From: Convolutriloba macropyga
Taxonomy: Eukaryota
NCBI RefSeq assembly: GCF_964194025.1
Contig: NC_134475.1
Coordinates: forward strand, 66,588,001-66,652,000
Length of the DNA stretch: 64,000 nt
Reading direction: 5' to 3'
Shown here: one piece after another, positions 39,797 to 52,496 of the stretch
How positions within the stretch are numbered: position 1 is the first letter of the stretch
Layout of the letters: every line of letters begins with the position of its first letter
Position numbers and translations under genes: made by a program
The notes under the pieces: generated by a model
Told to the model about the DNA's origin: nothing
Database searches by the model: none
What the model saw: only the letters and a program-made list of their open reading frames with translations

Positions 39797-40363
39797 GTTA
39801 GTCCATAGCCCAGCGCTTACTTTCTTGAACAAGTAAATAACTTTTATAACCAACTGGTTTAAGTTTACAAGTCAAAGTATGTTTACTTCCTAATTTTTCC
39901 TAATTTTTTTAAAATCAAGATTAGAGGCTCAGTTTTCTACTAAGCATATTTTTTTAGGATCTTGGTGTATCTTCGCGCATAAATCAATTAATTATGATGA
40001 TAATAATAATAAATTGTTTACTTTAGTGATGTATTGTTTAAAATTTATGAGAAGGTTATGCGGATCTTTTTTGACTTCAGTGAAAAATGACAACCGAAAC
40101 AGTCACATCTTTAGTATCTTTCACATCTTGCCTACCAAATTAAATAAAATTGCTGATAAAAGTGTGCGTTTTTGACATCGACGAAAAAGTAACTAACCCA
40201 TTTTTTGCTGTAGTTATTGAGGAAAAATGATCAGAAGTTATACGCATTTTACCTGGTTTCAGAATCTTTACAGCTGAAATATTTTAGTAGGCTTTAACAG
40301 GTTTTAATAAGAAAAAGGGCAGCTGAGAACAGGCTACTGTAGGCCTAATGCTGTTCCGCTGCA

Positions 40364-40676
40364 NNNNNNNNNNNNNNNNNNNNNNNNNNNNNNNNNNNNN
40401 NNNNNNNNNNNNNNNNNNNNNNNNNNNNNNNNNNNNNNNNNNNNNNNNNNNNNNNNNNNNNNNNNNNNNNNNNNNNNNNNNNNNNNNNNNNNNNNNNNNN
40501 NNNNNNNNNNNNNNNNNNNNNNNNNNNNNNNNNNNNNNNNNNNNNNNNNNNNNNNNNNNNNNNNNNNNNNNNNNNNNNNNNNNNNNNNNNNNNNNNNNNN
40601 NNNNNNNNNNNNNNNNNNNNNNNNNNNNNNNNNNNNNNNNNNNNNNNNNNNNNNNNNNNNNNNNNNNNNNNNNNNN
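40364..40676. other. Assembly gap (N run)
   Basis: Run of N. Confidence 1.
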
Positions 40677-41196
40677 TTATTGACCTAGAAAATGTTCCAG
40701 TTTTGTTAATAACAGATACTGCAAACTGCAGTTGTATTTCTTAAGACATAGGAATAAGGATAGGCAAAACAAAAGCATTCCATAATTAGAGCGCGAACCG
40801 TGAAAAAAATGTTTTGAAAAAGTTGATCTGGAAAGACAAATTATTTTTATTCTCAAATTAATTGTTTCTTCGTTTTTTTAATATAGAACGTCAAATTTGT
40901 GCACAAGTTTGACGATTACTGACGGTTTTTGTAATCTTCAACCTTTTGAATAGCTGAAATAAAGCTTAAACTGAAATAAAATGCTTCAGAATTTTTTCTA
41001 AATTTAGTTGTTTGTTGGTGAAAAAATGAAGTTAGCCTTCTAGCTCGAATTTGCGCTGAATATATATTTTTTATTTTGTTGCCTGCGTTGTCTTTGTTTG
41101 AACATGTTTCAATTTCAAAACAACTTGAGGTCAAACTGGTATCCTAATTTTGAGTTTTGGTCATTCTCTGATCTCAAACGTAATTTCTACGTCATC

Positions 41197-42077
41197 CCGT
41201 ACTTAACGCCAAGTCAATATCGGTACTGCTTAAGTCTAACGGCAAGTCTATTTATCAGTACTGATTCAGAGCTAAGACAATGACGCATTTTAGACTTGTC
41301 ATTTTGTGCAAATCTTGGCAAAGACTTGGCAAGTAATTATCCAAGTCTTGGTCTAGACAAGGCAAGTCTAAATCCAAGTAAAAAATAGCCAAAAACGGCC
41401 CAGAATACATCAGACATAGCCAACAAAACTTCAAAAAAGCCGAAGAAAACGCCGAAACATTTTGACGTTTTTTTGCTACTTTTGACTTTTTTCGGCTATG
41501 TTGGCGGTTTTTGGTTTTTTGACTGGCAAGACTTGATTTAAAACTTAGCAAGTCTTGGCCAAGTCTTCGAGTAACGCTTACGTTAAAATGGGTTGCTATA
41601 TGAGCAAACATGGCGAATTTGGGCTTTTGACCCAAGTTTTTGTCTTATTGTTTTTTAAAATTAAAAAACATTTTTGGATGGCTCACCGGCTTTTTTTGTC
41701 CATTTTCCGAATTTTTTTCGCAAGTTTCCGGGCTATTTTTTTGAAAAAATTTCCGACCAATTTCTCTCAATTTTCCGTCTGCTTTTGCGTTTGTCTATCT
41801 TATGGAGAATTTCTTGGCTATTTTGACGTTTTTCTTGTATATGCCAGAAGTTGTCTGGGGATTCCACGCTTGAATGCAAGCCTTAGTCAAAACATGCACT
41901 TAAACGTGCAAGTCTTAAATTCTTAGCCATGACTTCTATTTAGCAGTGCATGTTGCGAGACTCGCATTTAGACTGGCAAGTGTAAAAAGATACAAGACTG
42001 TAGCTCTGAATCAGTACTGGTATAAGACTTGCCATTAGATTTGCCTAATATTGATATTGCCTTGGCGTTAAGTACGG
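41197..42077. mobile_element. Non-autonomous DNA transposon with ~78-bp imperfect TIRs and CAAGTCT/AGACTTG subterminal repeats
   Basis: CCGTACTTAACGCCAAG..CAGTACTGATTCAGAGCTA mirrors TAGCTCTGAATCAGTACTG..CTTGGCGTTAAGTACGG. Confidence 0.85.
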
Positions 42078-42231
42078 TTTTGTTAATTTCATTTGACTCT
42101 ATTTGTCAAGTTGGGATTGTTAGCCAAAGTTTTTTCTTGTTTTTTAAGAAATGAAAATCAGATACTTGAATGCGTTTCGTTTATGCGTCATTGGTGTGCT
42201 TCTAAAGCTCAGTTGAACTGGAAAAACTTTA

Positions 42232-43018
42232 CCCGTACGGAGCTGCAAGTACTGTTCCAGTCTAAACGCAAGTCTGCATGCATATATCAGTACTATCAAC
42301 GTCTAAAAACAAGTCTGCAAGGCTGACAAGTCCTCTCCATGATATGTGCAACACTTCCGATTTGATTCCAAAGTCAAAAACTACTTTTCAATTTTTTTTG
42401 AGTGAGAATTGCAGCAATTTTTGTGACTTGCCACGATTTTAGCATCTATTTTTAGTCACTTTCTTGGAGTGCTATAAAATGGTGAATGGTGCATGCCAAA
42501 CAATAAATAAGCTCCGCGGGGATCTGTTTGGCCCCAATTGGGCCAATGCGAGGCTATTACAGCTGTTTCTGGGCCAGTTTAGTCCAGATTTGCTCTGTTT
42601 TAGCTCGGATATGATGAATTTTTTCTAAATTTTCAGAACAATTTTCGACAATTTCCCGGCCATTTTTGTCATTTTCTCAAGCTTTCTGGACAATTTCCTG
42701 ACTTTTTTGTCCATTTCCTTTTCGAAAATTTTTTTGCTATATTTGGCGATTTTCCTACCAATTTTAGTCAATTTTGCTGTTACTTTTGACGATTCCTCGA
42801 ACCATTTTTGGATAAATTCCAGGCTTTTTCGGGCATTCTTTGTATATGCCAAAGAATGGCACGTCAAATTATTACACGTCTGAATGCAATTCTGATCCAA
42901 GACTTGCTTTTAGTCGTACTCGTTGTGAATAAGACTAAAAACTGACATGCTCAGAGCTCTGAATCAGTACTGATGTAATACTTGCACAGTACTGATAATG
43001 ACTGTGGTTGGCTCCGGG
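42232..43018. mobile_element. Related non-autonomous element, TA|CCCG...CGGG|TA
   Basis: Shares GCTCTGAATCAGTACTG, TTGTATATGCCA and TGAATGCAA with the neighbouring element; TA flanks on both sides. Confidence 0.65.
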
Positions 43019-44198
43019 TACATAAATTTTTTAACGTTTTGATGAAAAACAATGATCCCTAAGAGATGTTTAACGCTCTTTTCAGTCTGAACAAATGTTT
43101 CCACTTATCTTTTCAACAAAGATTGCCAAGCTGCTCAGTAGCACAGCACTAATTATTGTACTTAATTTGAAATTCGGAATATTTTGATGATCTGTATACG
43201 AAGATCAATGTAGTTATTTTTCTACTAATTTTGTGTACCAAGAGTTTGACTTTTCTTATGAAAGGAAGTAGGCTCTACTTTATCAGTGTCCTCGAAAATG
43301 TAATCAAGGTCATTCCCCTCCCCCCCCCCTCTCCTCACTCCAACCTGGAATTATTAAGTCTTTTTATAATGTCGAGCTTTTTATTAAGTGTTACACCCGA
43401 AGAATGCTCATATCTTGAAAAATCAAATGAGAATTTCGGCAAACGATCGTGCAAAGCTTCTTGTCTTTCATCTACTTATAAAGAAATTCAAAATAGTTGT
43501 CGAAAAAATGCATTTATACTCGGAACAATCGAACTTCTTGGTCTGAACTTTAATTGTATTAAGCGAGATGACAAAGTACAATATTGCTCTCATTTAGACT
43601 TCCGTCATCTAGAATCTAATATTATCCCAAATTAAGTCTATTTATCTCTAATGAAGATTAAGTTTTCGAAACCCGCTTCCCAAGACGTCACACAATTACC
43701 AAATGGCTATCAATTGTTAATCCTTGTTGTCTTTATAGAGCTCTACTCAAACTTTAGCTTTTGCGTTTCTTTTAGCCTTGCGTTTTTATGACTTAAGGTA
43801 TAAATTATCTCTAGCTAAACTACTAGCACTACTACTAGCACTAGGCCCCTTATTATCCAAAAGAAAAACCCTAAACCAGTGCCCAGAGGTTATGGAAATT
43901 CCACAGGAGGGGCTAGCATTCATATCCACTGAATAGAAAATGGGGGAAAGTGCAAATTATTTTAAAGGGATTTATAGGCTTATTCCCGGCAAGCCATGAA
44001 TAGCAATTAGCTTACCTAATTGACTTGGGAAGCACCTTAGCCACGGGCTATTTACACACAATGCCACAGTTGGGCTAAACACAAGTCGGGAGAAAGAATA
44101 GAGCCCCTGTTCAATTTCTTCTCTTTCCCATTTAGTTTACGACTACACCAACGAATAATACATACATACGTACATGTGTACGGTGCCATTGGAATTTC

Positions 44199-44395
44199 GG
44201 CCGACAGGGTGTTTTAGCCGACAAAAAATCAGAAATTTAGCGGACAGTTTAATTTTGGTTGGTCGGCAAATCTTATTGATTAGAATATCACCAATGTGTC
44301 CAAACATTTCAATGTGAGGGGGGGGGGGGGTGCGGTGTGGTCGGGTTGCCGGCTTGAAATCTCGGTTTTTTTTACCGGCTAAACTCGCTGTCGGA
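44199..44395. mobile_element. MITE family copy 3
   Basis: GGCCGACAGGGTGTTTTAGCCGACAA ... CCGGCTAAACTCGCTGTCGG, flanked by (CATA)n runs. Confidence 0.6.
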
Positions 44396-45550
44396 TAATT
44401 AAGCTATCACCCATACATACATACATATACGTTTATATAGAAGCAGGCTGGTTTAGCTGCACCCGCTTTTTGAAGAGAGAGGAGGGCGCCTTTGTTTGAA
44501 ATATCCCCAAAGGTTTAATTCAAGGGAACTTCTAGAAAGGCTCCAGGGTCGAACGGCACTGAAATTTACTATTTAACAAATAACTCATGCCTCCTATAAA
44601 GTGATAAATTTTCTGAGAATCTTGTTAGGAATTTTTTTAAGTAAATTCTAGAAAATAGAAGTAATTTTCTTAATTCAAATTTTCTATTCCGACTTTTCTA
44701 TAATTTGTTCTTTAAGGTAAATGTTCTATATTTTTCAAGTTTTCTCAATTTGTAATTTGTTTTGGAAAATTTTATACTGTGACCCTGTTTGGGAAACAAT
44801 GAGCTGGAAAAGTTTTCCGCAGTTTTATGATGCGTTTCTTTTGAATTTGTAGTTGATTTAAAATATAGCAATTGGTAATAAAATTTTGAGGCGACCATTT
44901 TTGTCGGCAGTGGAAATTGAATCTTATCAGATTAGCTTCCACAGGCTTTTTTGTTTCCCTTTCCCAACCATAAATCTCATTTTCCATAATTTCTCCCAAT
45001 TTATTCACATATCTCATGACTCATCCTTTCAATTCCAAAAATTTCTACTGGGAATAATAGAATGAAAGATGGATAATTTTGCACTCGAGTTTGGAAGCAA
45101 CAAGGGTTTTGTTTTGACATAAGGATTCAAAAGAAAGGGTTCTTTTATATTTGCCCAAAATTGCCGCGCCCAAGGGAGCGAGCGAGGGTAAAGTGATTCA
45201 TGTTCTAGATTGTGGTAAGAGCGTGATAAGATCTTTTACCGTCTTCTAACCCAATTCTCGGGGGAGTTTTACCCTTAACACTGCTTTTGCCCAGATAGGG
45301 TTTTAATGATGTGGTTCATACCATGTAAATGATTCATCATGACCCATATGTCTAAATATATTACTTGGGCTTTTATAGATGAAATCATAGCAAAGACGGT
45401 TAATGCACGAATTATCAAAGTTGATCACGTGATAAACCACATGACGAACACCGGAAATTATATGAAGCATGAAATGATTAAGTGTTCACAATATTAATGA
45501 GATTAAAAGCAATGATTTTAATCGTATAATCATAAAATGAGATCAAGCTT

Positions 45551-45780
45551 ACGAAATAGGTTCAGTTGAAAGTTATTTTGAAAGAAATAACGACAAAATT
45601 AAAGGATAATTGTTGTGTATTTTTGAAAGTTGTGGTGATTGACTGAGAAAGAAAATATGAGGAGTCCTCTTATTTTATTTTTTAATTCAATCAACACAGC
45701 TTTCAAAAATACACAACAGTTATCCTTTAATTTTGTCGTTATTTCTTTTTCAAAATAACTTTCAACTGAACGTATTTCGT
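45551..45780. repeat. 230-bp near-perfect palindrome (foldback)
   Basis: ACGAAATAGGTTCAGTTGAAAGTTATTTTGAAA.. mirrors ..TTTCAAAATAACTTTCAACTGAACGTATTTCGT around the centre GAGGAGTCCTC. Confidence 0.9.
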
Positions 45781-46512
45781 TGTAACAATTTCAACTTCTA
45801 TTGATCATAAGATCTGGAGAAAGATTAAAATAACCAATTAAACAAAATACGTACATAAAAATAAAGTATGGAACAACTCTGAAAGCCTAAAAATTTAATT
45901 TGACAAAGTTTATTACCCTAATTTTCTATGCAGCATGCAGCTCTTTTTTTTCAAAATGAACGAAAAAAATGAAAACAATTTTTCGCTGCGAAAAAAATGT
46001 TTAGTAATATTATAACATTTTCCGACTGATATAGGTTCTAAATGAAACCAGAAATAAGTCCTCTTTCGTCATGATACGGTTGTAATCAATATTTGTTTCA
46101 GCTGCTCAATGCATGCTGCTAAGCAGTTTCGTTAAAACCAAAAAAATTACTCTGAAAAAAGAAAAAGAAGTTAAGACAAAAACTGTTGGGATTTTTTGAA
46201 AGTTGGGGGGATTGAAATAGAAGAAAAACTGAGAGGACGTAATACTAAAAAAAATTGTAACACTGAAGGTCAGCTAACAAGTTAAATGAATGGTAAAATC
46301 TTCGAAGATTTATAATCATCTTTCTCATTTTCATGAAACAAAGAAATTTCACTAAATTGTCTTTTCTCGCAATAATAATGAACAATTTCTCTTGCTCTTA
46401 AAAATGGCTGCTAAATAGAAATGGCCATTTTTCCAACAATTTGAGATTATTGATCAGAAGGTCTTGAACAAACTTTACCCATTTTTTGTGAAGTCAGCTG
46501 GATGAAAGGCAT

Positions 46513-46655
46513 NNNNNNNNNNNNNNNNNNNNNNNNNNNNNNNNNNNNNNNNNNNNNNNNNNNNNNNNNNNNNNNNNNNNNNNNNNNNNNNNNNNNNNNN
46601 NNNNNNNNNNNNNNNNNNNNNNNNNNNNNNNNNNNNNNNNNNNNNNNNNNNNNNN
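46513..46655. other. Assembly gap (N run)
   Basis: Run of N. Confidence 1.
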
Positions 46656-48476
46656 AAAAGAGATGAAAGCTTTTAATGACTCATATGAATTCCAACACTG
46701 TTTTTGGATACAAGAAGTTCACTTGATTGTAGTTTAGTTACAATAAAATTAGTCTTACTGATTTTAAGAAAAAAATGAATTTCAGAAGATAAATCATTGT
46801 GTTATGCTGTTCAATTTGGCTGATTTGGTTTGTATTGGGACAGTTATAAATGGAGCAGGATTAAATTTTAAATTCGTAGATAAGTCAAGAAAAATGTAAG
46901 CGCCTGCAAAAAATCTCATTTTCGCTTTTTTCTTTATCAAGCTTATATCGCAATTATTGGGGCTTACTTTTATTTATTTTGGCTGAAAATGAATGAATCT
47001 TTAAATGGCTTCGTGGTTTTTTTCATGTGATCATAAAACGTATCAATTAGTTTTGTGGTAATGGAGTTATTTTGTAATGCGATGTACTCGCCATAAAAGA
47101 ATTTTGATAAAAATCAAAAAAAGTTTTTATGTTTGTACCTTTAAGCAATATTTGATTCACTTTCAAATTAAAGTTTTTGAGGGTTTAGAAATTTTTTTGT
47201 TATTTTTTTCAGTTTTTTTAAAATTGTTGAGCGATGTTTGGTGTTCTAATGCCCCGTAATTCAACTTGCTCCCTTTGTTTCAAAATATATTTTTTATTGT
47301 TATGAACCATAACATAAACTCTTCTTCTCAAACGCCTTTCAAAGACCCACTTTGTTCAGACGGCTGCCAATATATTTGATTGATCACTCTAAATCTGTTA
47401 CAATTGGAATTACTTCATGAATTACAGCCGCCATTCATTAATCGTGTCACCTATTTTTCAACTTATAACATCAGCTTATTTTTCTAAAAATGAGGAAAAA
47501 TTTCACGTTTGAGCACATTCAATTTCTGAAATTGAGTTTAGATGAAAACTAAAAGCTTCTCTGTTTCCAGATTTAAGCGTTTTAATATACAAAATTTTGA
47601 GTCAGTCAAATTGTTTGAAAGAAGAAATTACTATAAAATTCTGTATTTTCATTCCGTTACTATTTTCTAATTCAAACAACGTTTTCCTCGTATCAAAATT
47701 GAACTGAGAAGATTTCACGCACGTAGATTCGATGTTTGTCTGTGGTTTGAAAGTATAAATATAAATTGCTACAAGAAACAGAGCCAGTAAAACTTGTAAA
47801 TTTTGTTATTTCTTTTCAAAATATTGACCACAAGACTTCTCAAAGAACACGTTTGTGAAATTGCTGTTAACTAAAATATACCCTACGAGCAGTGGGCTTA
47901 GAAGAAACGGCGTGAATAAACTGGCTGGTCGTTTATACCTTAGCGGGTTCCACGGGAAAAAGCAGCCAGCTTGAATTACTAATCGCTTGTCTGTTTCTGG
48001 CGTGACATTTTTGTTAATCCATGACTGATCCAATTAATAGGTCTAATTTTAGAGACATAGGCGAATGGAATCAGTGATTTAGAGGTGGAATATACAGTTG
48101 GAAAATGGGGAAAAACGTGAATAAGAGGTCAATCAGTTTCACGTGTCTCCTATTTTTCTATTTACATGTGTAAAAAATCTGCTCAATTTGCGTTACAAAA
48201 ATCGAATTTTGGCCTTAAATGTATTCATTCAATTTACAATAATTCTGTATTGTTTAATGTAATCATTCGCATGTTTACAATTGTGGGAAAAGTATTTCAT
48301 TTGTCCTACCCAAACGAATAACCATTTTTTTAAAGAATATTGATATCACACGCTAGATGAAGCTCTTTGAACATTACTATCGACCATTACATATCAGATA
48401 GCTGTATTTGAGATTTGTGACCCATATCACCAATAACTCCTCGCTACTTGTCATTTTGGGTCAATATTTTTAATTT

Positions 48477-49513
48477 CCCCAGTGATTCTGGAATTTTTAT
48501 CGTGTAAGATTTGATAAGATGCTGATCAAAAAACTTATCGTGTAAGATCTTATCCGGTCTTACACGATAAAAGTTCTTCTGCCCTACGTGAACTTTCATC
48601 TTGTAAGATCTGATAAGATAATAATTCAATTTTGCAGAATCGTTATCTGATAAGATCTGATAAGTATCTTATCAGATCTTACACGATAAATTTTACGTAG
48701 GGTAGAATTTTTATCGTGTATGATCTGATAGGACATGTTTTAATGATTTCAAATTAACCGTATAACGTAGTCAAGTTCCTATGAAAGTAAAAAAAAATGA
48801 TTGGTCAGCTAACCAATTCTGAAACAAAAAACTGTTTGCTGATTCTATTTTTGGCGATAGTTTTATTCTGAGTGTTAACTAGGTACAATGGCTAAACTTA
48901 GTAGTCCAATAGAGTTTTGGTCTTTCGTGAAAAAATTTCAGCCTAGTTTGATAATCACCACCTCAGAAAAAACCTCCTAACACTCGAATGACTTTTTTCA
49001 CAATAACTTATAAGTCTCAAACGACAAAATAGGATGATTTTCTCTTTGTTGCTCTGACATTTAAGTGTTCCAAGCTGTAGGTTTTTGGCTACCGCTTGAA
49101 AGCAACTCTGAATTGTCTTCAATCTGAAGAACGTGTAATGATTAAAGAATTTTTATCGTATAAGATCTGATAAAAATCTTTTCAAAAAGATGGGTCATAG
49201 TTTTCCGAATGTTTATCTTACAAGATCTTATAAGATTTTTGTAAGATTTTACACGATAAACATTTTTTTTCAGGCAGAATTTTCATCTTGTAGGATCTTA
49301 TAAGGCAGAATTTTTATCTTGCAAGATCTGACAAAAGTGAACTTTTATCGTGTAAGATCTTATCAGACCTGATTAATTTTTTATTGTGTAAGACCTCATA
49401 AATTGTCTTACAAAGTCTTAGTCAGGTGACGCATAATCTTATAAGTACTTATAAGACAATTTTGTAAGAAATTTGTAAGATCTTACACGACAAAAATTGT
49501 CGAATGTCTGGGG
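48477..49513. mobile_element. Non-autonomous CCCCAG...CTGGGG element with many ATCGTGTAAGATCT(G/T)ATAAG subterminal repeats
   Basis: CCCCAG..ATTC..AATTTTTATCGTGTAAGAT mirrors ATCTTACACGACAAAAATT..GAAT..CTGGGG. The motif recurs in both orientations in both arms; flanks are TT. Confidence 0.8.
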
Positions 49514-51228
49514 TTTGAAAATAAGAAACATTAATATTGCATATAGTGACGCAATATTGATAAAATAAATAACTAAATCCCTAGTTGTAAAACGTTGCAA
49601 TGGGGCCAAGAGGAAAATACTGTCTGAAAACTCAAAAGTGTAAAAAGAAACAGTGACACTTATTTAGCATTTGGTAAGAGCCATCTTAGTACTGAGAGGT
49701 TCCAGCGGGAACAAATGAGAAATCAATTGTTGCGTAAAGACGAAAAAACGGAAAACGAAAAAAAATTAAACACTAAATCTGTGTATTAGGTTTTCTGGGA
49801 GTAAATTACGTATAGTAAGGACACCCATCAAACGTTTTAAAATTTTAAAACTAAATGCAAATTTGAAAAAAATATACTGGAGACATGCTCAAAAGTAAAA
49901 CCTATATCATGGCTTAATGATTCCTTGGTATAAAAACTGGGAGGCAAATTTAAAACAACCGATGTTGGACAAATCCACAATGGGCTAATTATGATTACTC
50001 ATGAACAAATTTGTCTTTGAAGAAATTTGTTACGCTTATGCTGGAGTAAAATCTTGAAAAAACTGCTGAACATTTCTGTTAAAGGTTTCAATTTTTTTAA
50101 CGGTTTTATGGTTTCAAAATTGATAGTGCCAGTTTTTTATTACTCAGAAAAAGTGATAACATTTTTGCTTCAAAGCAAAAGAATTATTCATTTATTTGAA
50201 AAAATTCAAAAAATTCGATATACAAAAATTACTTCTGAGAAAATTTCTGCTGCAGAACAGTCGGCAGTTAATTTTTGAGTCATTAGACTGGCCTTCAATA
50301 AAACAGAAATTATTTTAAAAAACTATTGAATATTTGTTATTTTAGGAATGCTTTTCATTTGTTTAATTTCGTAAAAACATAAAAAGCATTCATTTAAAAA
50401 CACTTTTTTTGACAGTCTGTAACTGCATTTAGCCATGCTTTTTTAAAGAAAAGTCCAGTCACTCAGTGTACCAAAATATAAATCTGTAGTTTAGTGAGTC
50501 AGAAATCCATTTGACGGAAACAAATTCTTTACTAAATTGTACGAGAGGCAGAAATATAATATCTGAAAACGCGGTTTATGGCGATCAATTTCTTTTTATG
50601 ACAAGAGAATATTGGATGCAAGTTCGTCTGCAACCTTATAAACAAAGTTGTCTCAAAATGTAATTGTTTATAAACATTTACCAGATGATGTTACTTTATT
50701 ATTGTAACCATAAGAGAACGAGTTTGGATTTGATTTATTCCTTCATTTTTAAAACTAATTAGATAACGTTTTTTTTCCATTTTAGGACATTTATTGGTAC
50801 TACACAATTCTTGCTATGCTTTAGTTTTGTTGTTTCAACTTTTGTACCTTTGACAAAAACTTGGTCCATAACCGTCAGAATATTAAACAACCTTGGGAAC
50901 TTCCCAAAAAGATGTGGAATGGGGATTCTGAGAAAATATGAATAGAGTTAATTATTTTTCATCACTCAAAAGATAAATATAAAAAATAAAGTTTTTCAAA
51001 ATTAAGACAACAGAAAACGTTCATTATAATTGCAATAATCTTTGAAAACTGAAAAAAATGTTCGCTCTCGTATATATCACAAAAGTGGTTACAAGGTATA
51101 AGCTGCAAAAAAATGTTCTATTTTTTACATTCTGCTTAGGGGATGGCAAAGAGTTTCTTTGAAAAGAATTTTCTCTCAAATTTTTAATTTTTGATGCGTG
51201 CAAAATTTAAATTTTTTTGGTAATTTTG

Positions 51229-52384
51229 TGTAAAATTTGTGAAAACCTACTTTTTCTCGCAAAATGTCGCAATAAAAATGGATACAACTTGAAATTCAAA
51301 AATCGGTCCTAAACAAGTTGTTAGCATCTATAATGGCTTGCATTTGAACACCATTTGGTGAATCGAATGTTGGTGGGACAAATTAAGGTGGATTTGAAAG
51401 TTGAGTAGGTAAAATAGTGATTTTCTGGGGGTGACCGAATTTATAAAAGTTAGTTATGATTCGGAATTTACCTCAACATGCTCAAACTTGATAGGGAGTT
51501 AGTGCATACCTTGAGGCAAGTTCCGCTGTTGTCAATTCCAGGGAATTTGTTTTAGAGATACCATGGGGGGAACTTTAGACTTCCAAATAAGGCTTAGATT
51601 CTTGAGTTCATAGTTTGACCGGTTGATTAATTGGTAGCGTCACGAGTCTGATACGGCTTTTGTGTTAGTTTAAATAGCTTAAGTAGAAGTCAGCAATGTA
51701 TAAAGAAGGCGTTCAGGTCATTCAATTGTTCTTTTAAAGTCATAACGAACTCTACGTAAGTGAGGACCATTTGTTGTCCATAGCAGCGGTTTGAACAAAG
51801 TTGTTGTTCACGCGTTGTAATACGTCGTGATTCGAGTAGTTGCCAAGAGGGAGTAAACCAACATGGTTGTTGTTGTGGCAGCAGAGCTATAGAAGGCTCC
51901 AAATAACTCTGACATCGTAGAGGAGTTCAACTTAAGTAATAAAAAAGAGAGAGAAGAGCTGTTGTGAAGTGAAGTTGGTCTTTCTTGATAGAAGAAAGAC
52001 TTTTGTAAAGAATATCGAGAGCCAAGAACGAGAGATTCGTGAGGCTGATATCAGAGCAGATAACTTTACTTACTCAGTTTGATTTAGAGAGTTTGGGATC
52101 TTGTGATAAATTCCATTATCTTAATTTGAATTAATTTCTGTTGCTTAAAACCCAAATTGATTTATTCTTGATTCTGTTGATTTATACTATCAAATTATAT
52201 CAATTTATCTTTGAGCAACCGAGTTGAGTCAATTTATCTTTGAGCAACCGGAGACAGAGCAAGCCGGGGACACCGTGAGTAAACTTTGTAGAAAACCTTT
52301 CCACCAAAATAAACCTTTCAAGTTAGGATTTCGGGTGGTAGTGTCTCCCCGCCTATTAACCTAGTCTAAATACGAAATTCTACA
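51229..52384 (+). repeat. 5' LTR (1156 bp)
   Basis: Starts TGTAAAATTT and ends AAATTCTACA (9/10 inverted termini). Near-identical to 62029-63173. Contains a TATA-like TATAAAG (~51699) and AATAAA (~51938, ~52308). Confidence 0.97.
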
Positions 52385-52385
52385 G

Positions 52386-52403
52386 TGGCGCTCCTGGGTG
52401 GGC
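52386..52403 (+). promoter_or_regulatory. Primer binding site, tRNA-Asn-like (TGGCGCTCCTGGGTGGGC)
   Basis: Lies 1 nt after the LTR. Its reverse complement GCCCACCCAGGAGCGCCA resembles the ..GCCCACCC(A/G)GG..CG-CCA 3' end of animal tRNA-Asn(GTT). Confidence 0.75.
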
Positions 52404-52496
52404 CGGTTCTCTTCGAGTACACTTACAATCAGTTGAGCACGGAGAGTAATCCGAGCTCCGTTCGTGACGAAGAAGTCCTGTGTTCATAAGTAAGCA

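Noticed and set aside
39959-40174. Possible next SOCS exon (GSWCIFAHKSINYDD...) after TTTTTAG
   Set aside because: It is phase-compatible, but the translation quickly becomes low-complexity, lacks a recognisable SH2 C-terminus or SOCS box and has no clear donor. It cannot be supported without transcripts.
40348-40683. 111-aa ORF
   Set aside because: Artefact of the N gap.
51690-51902. 70-aa antisense ORF inside the LTR
   Set aside because: Short, non-ATG start and no recognisable features; expected by chance.
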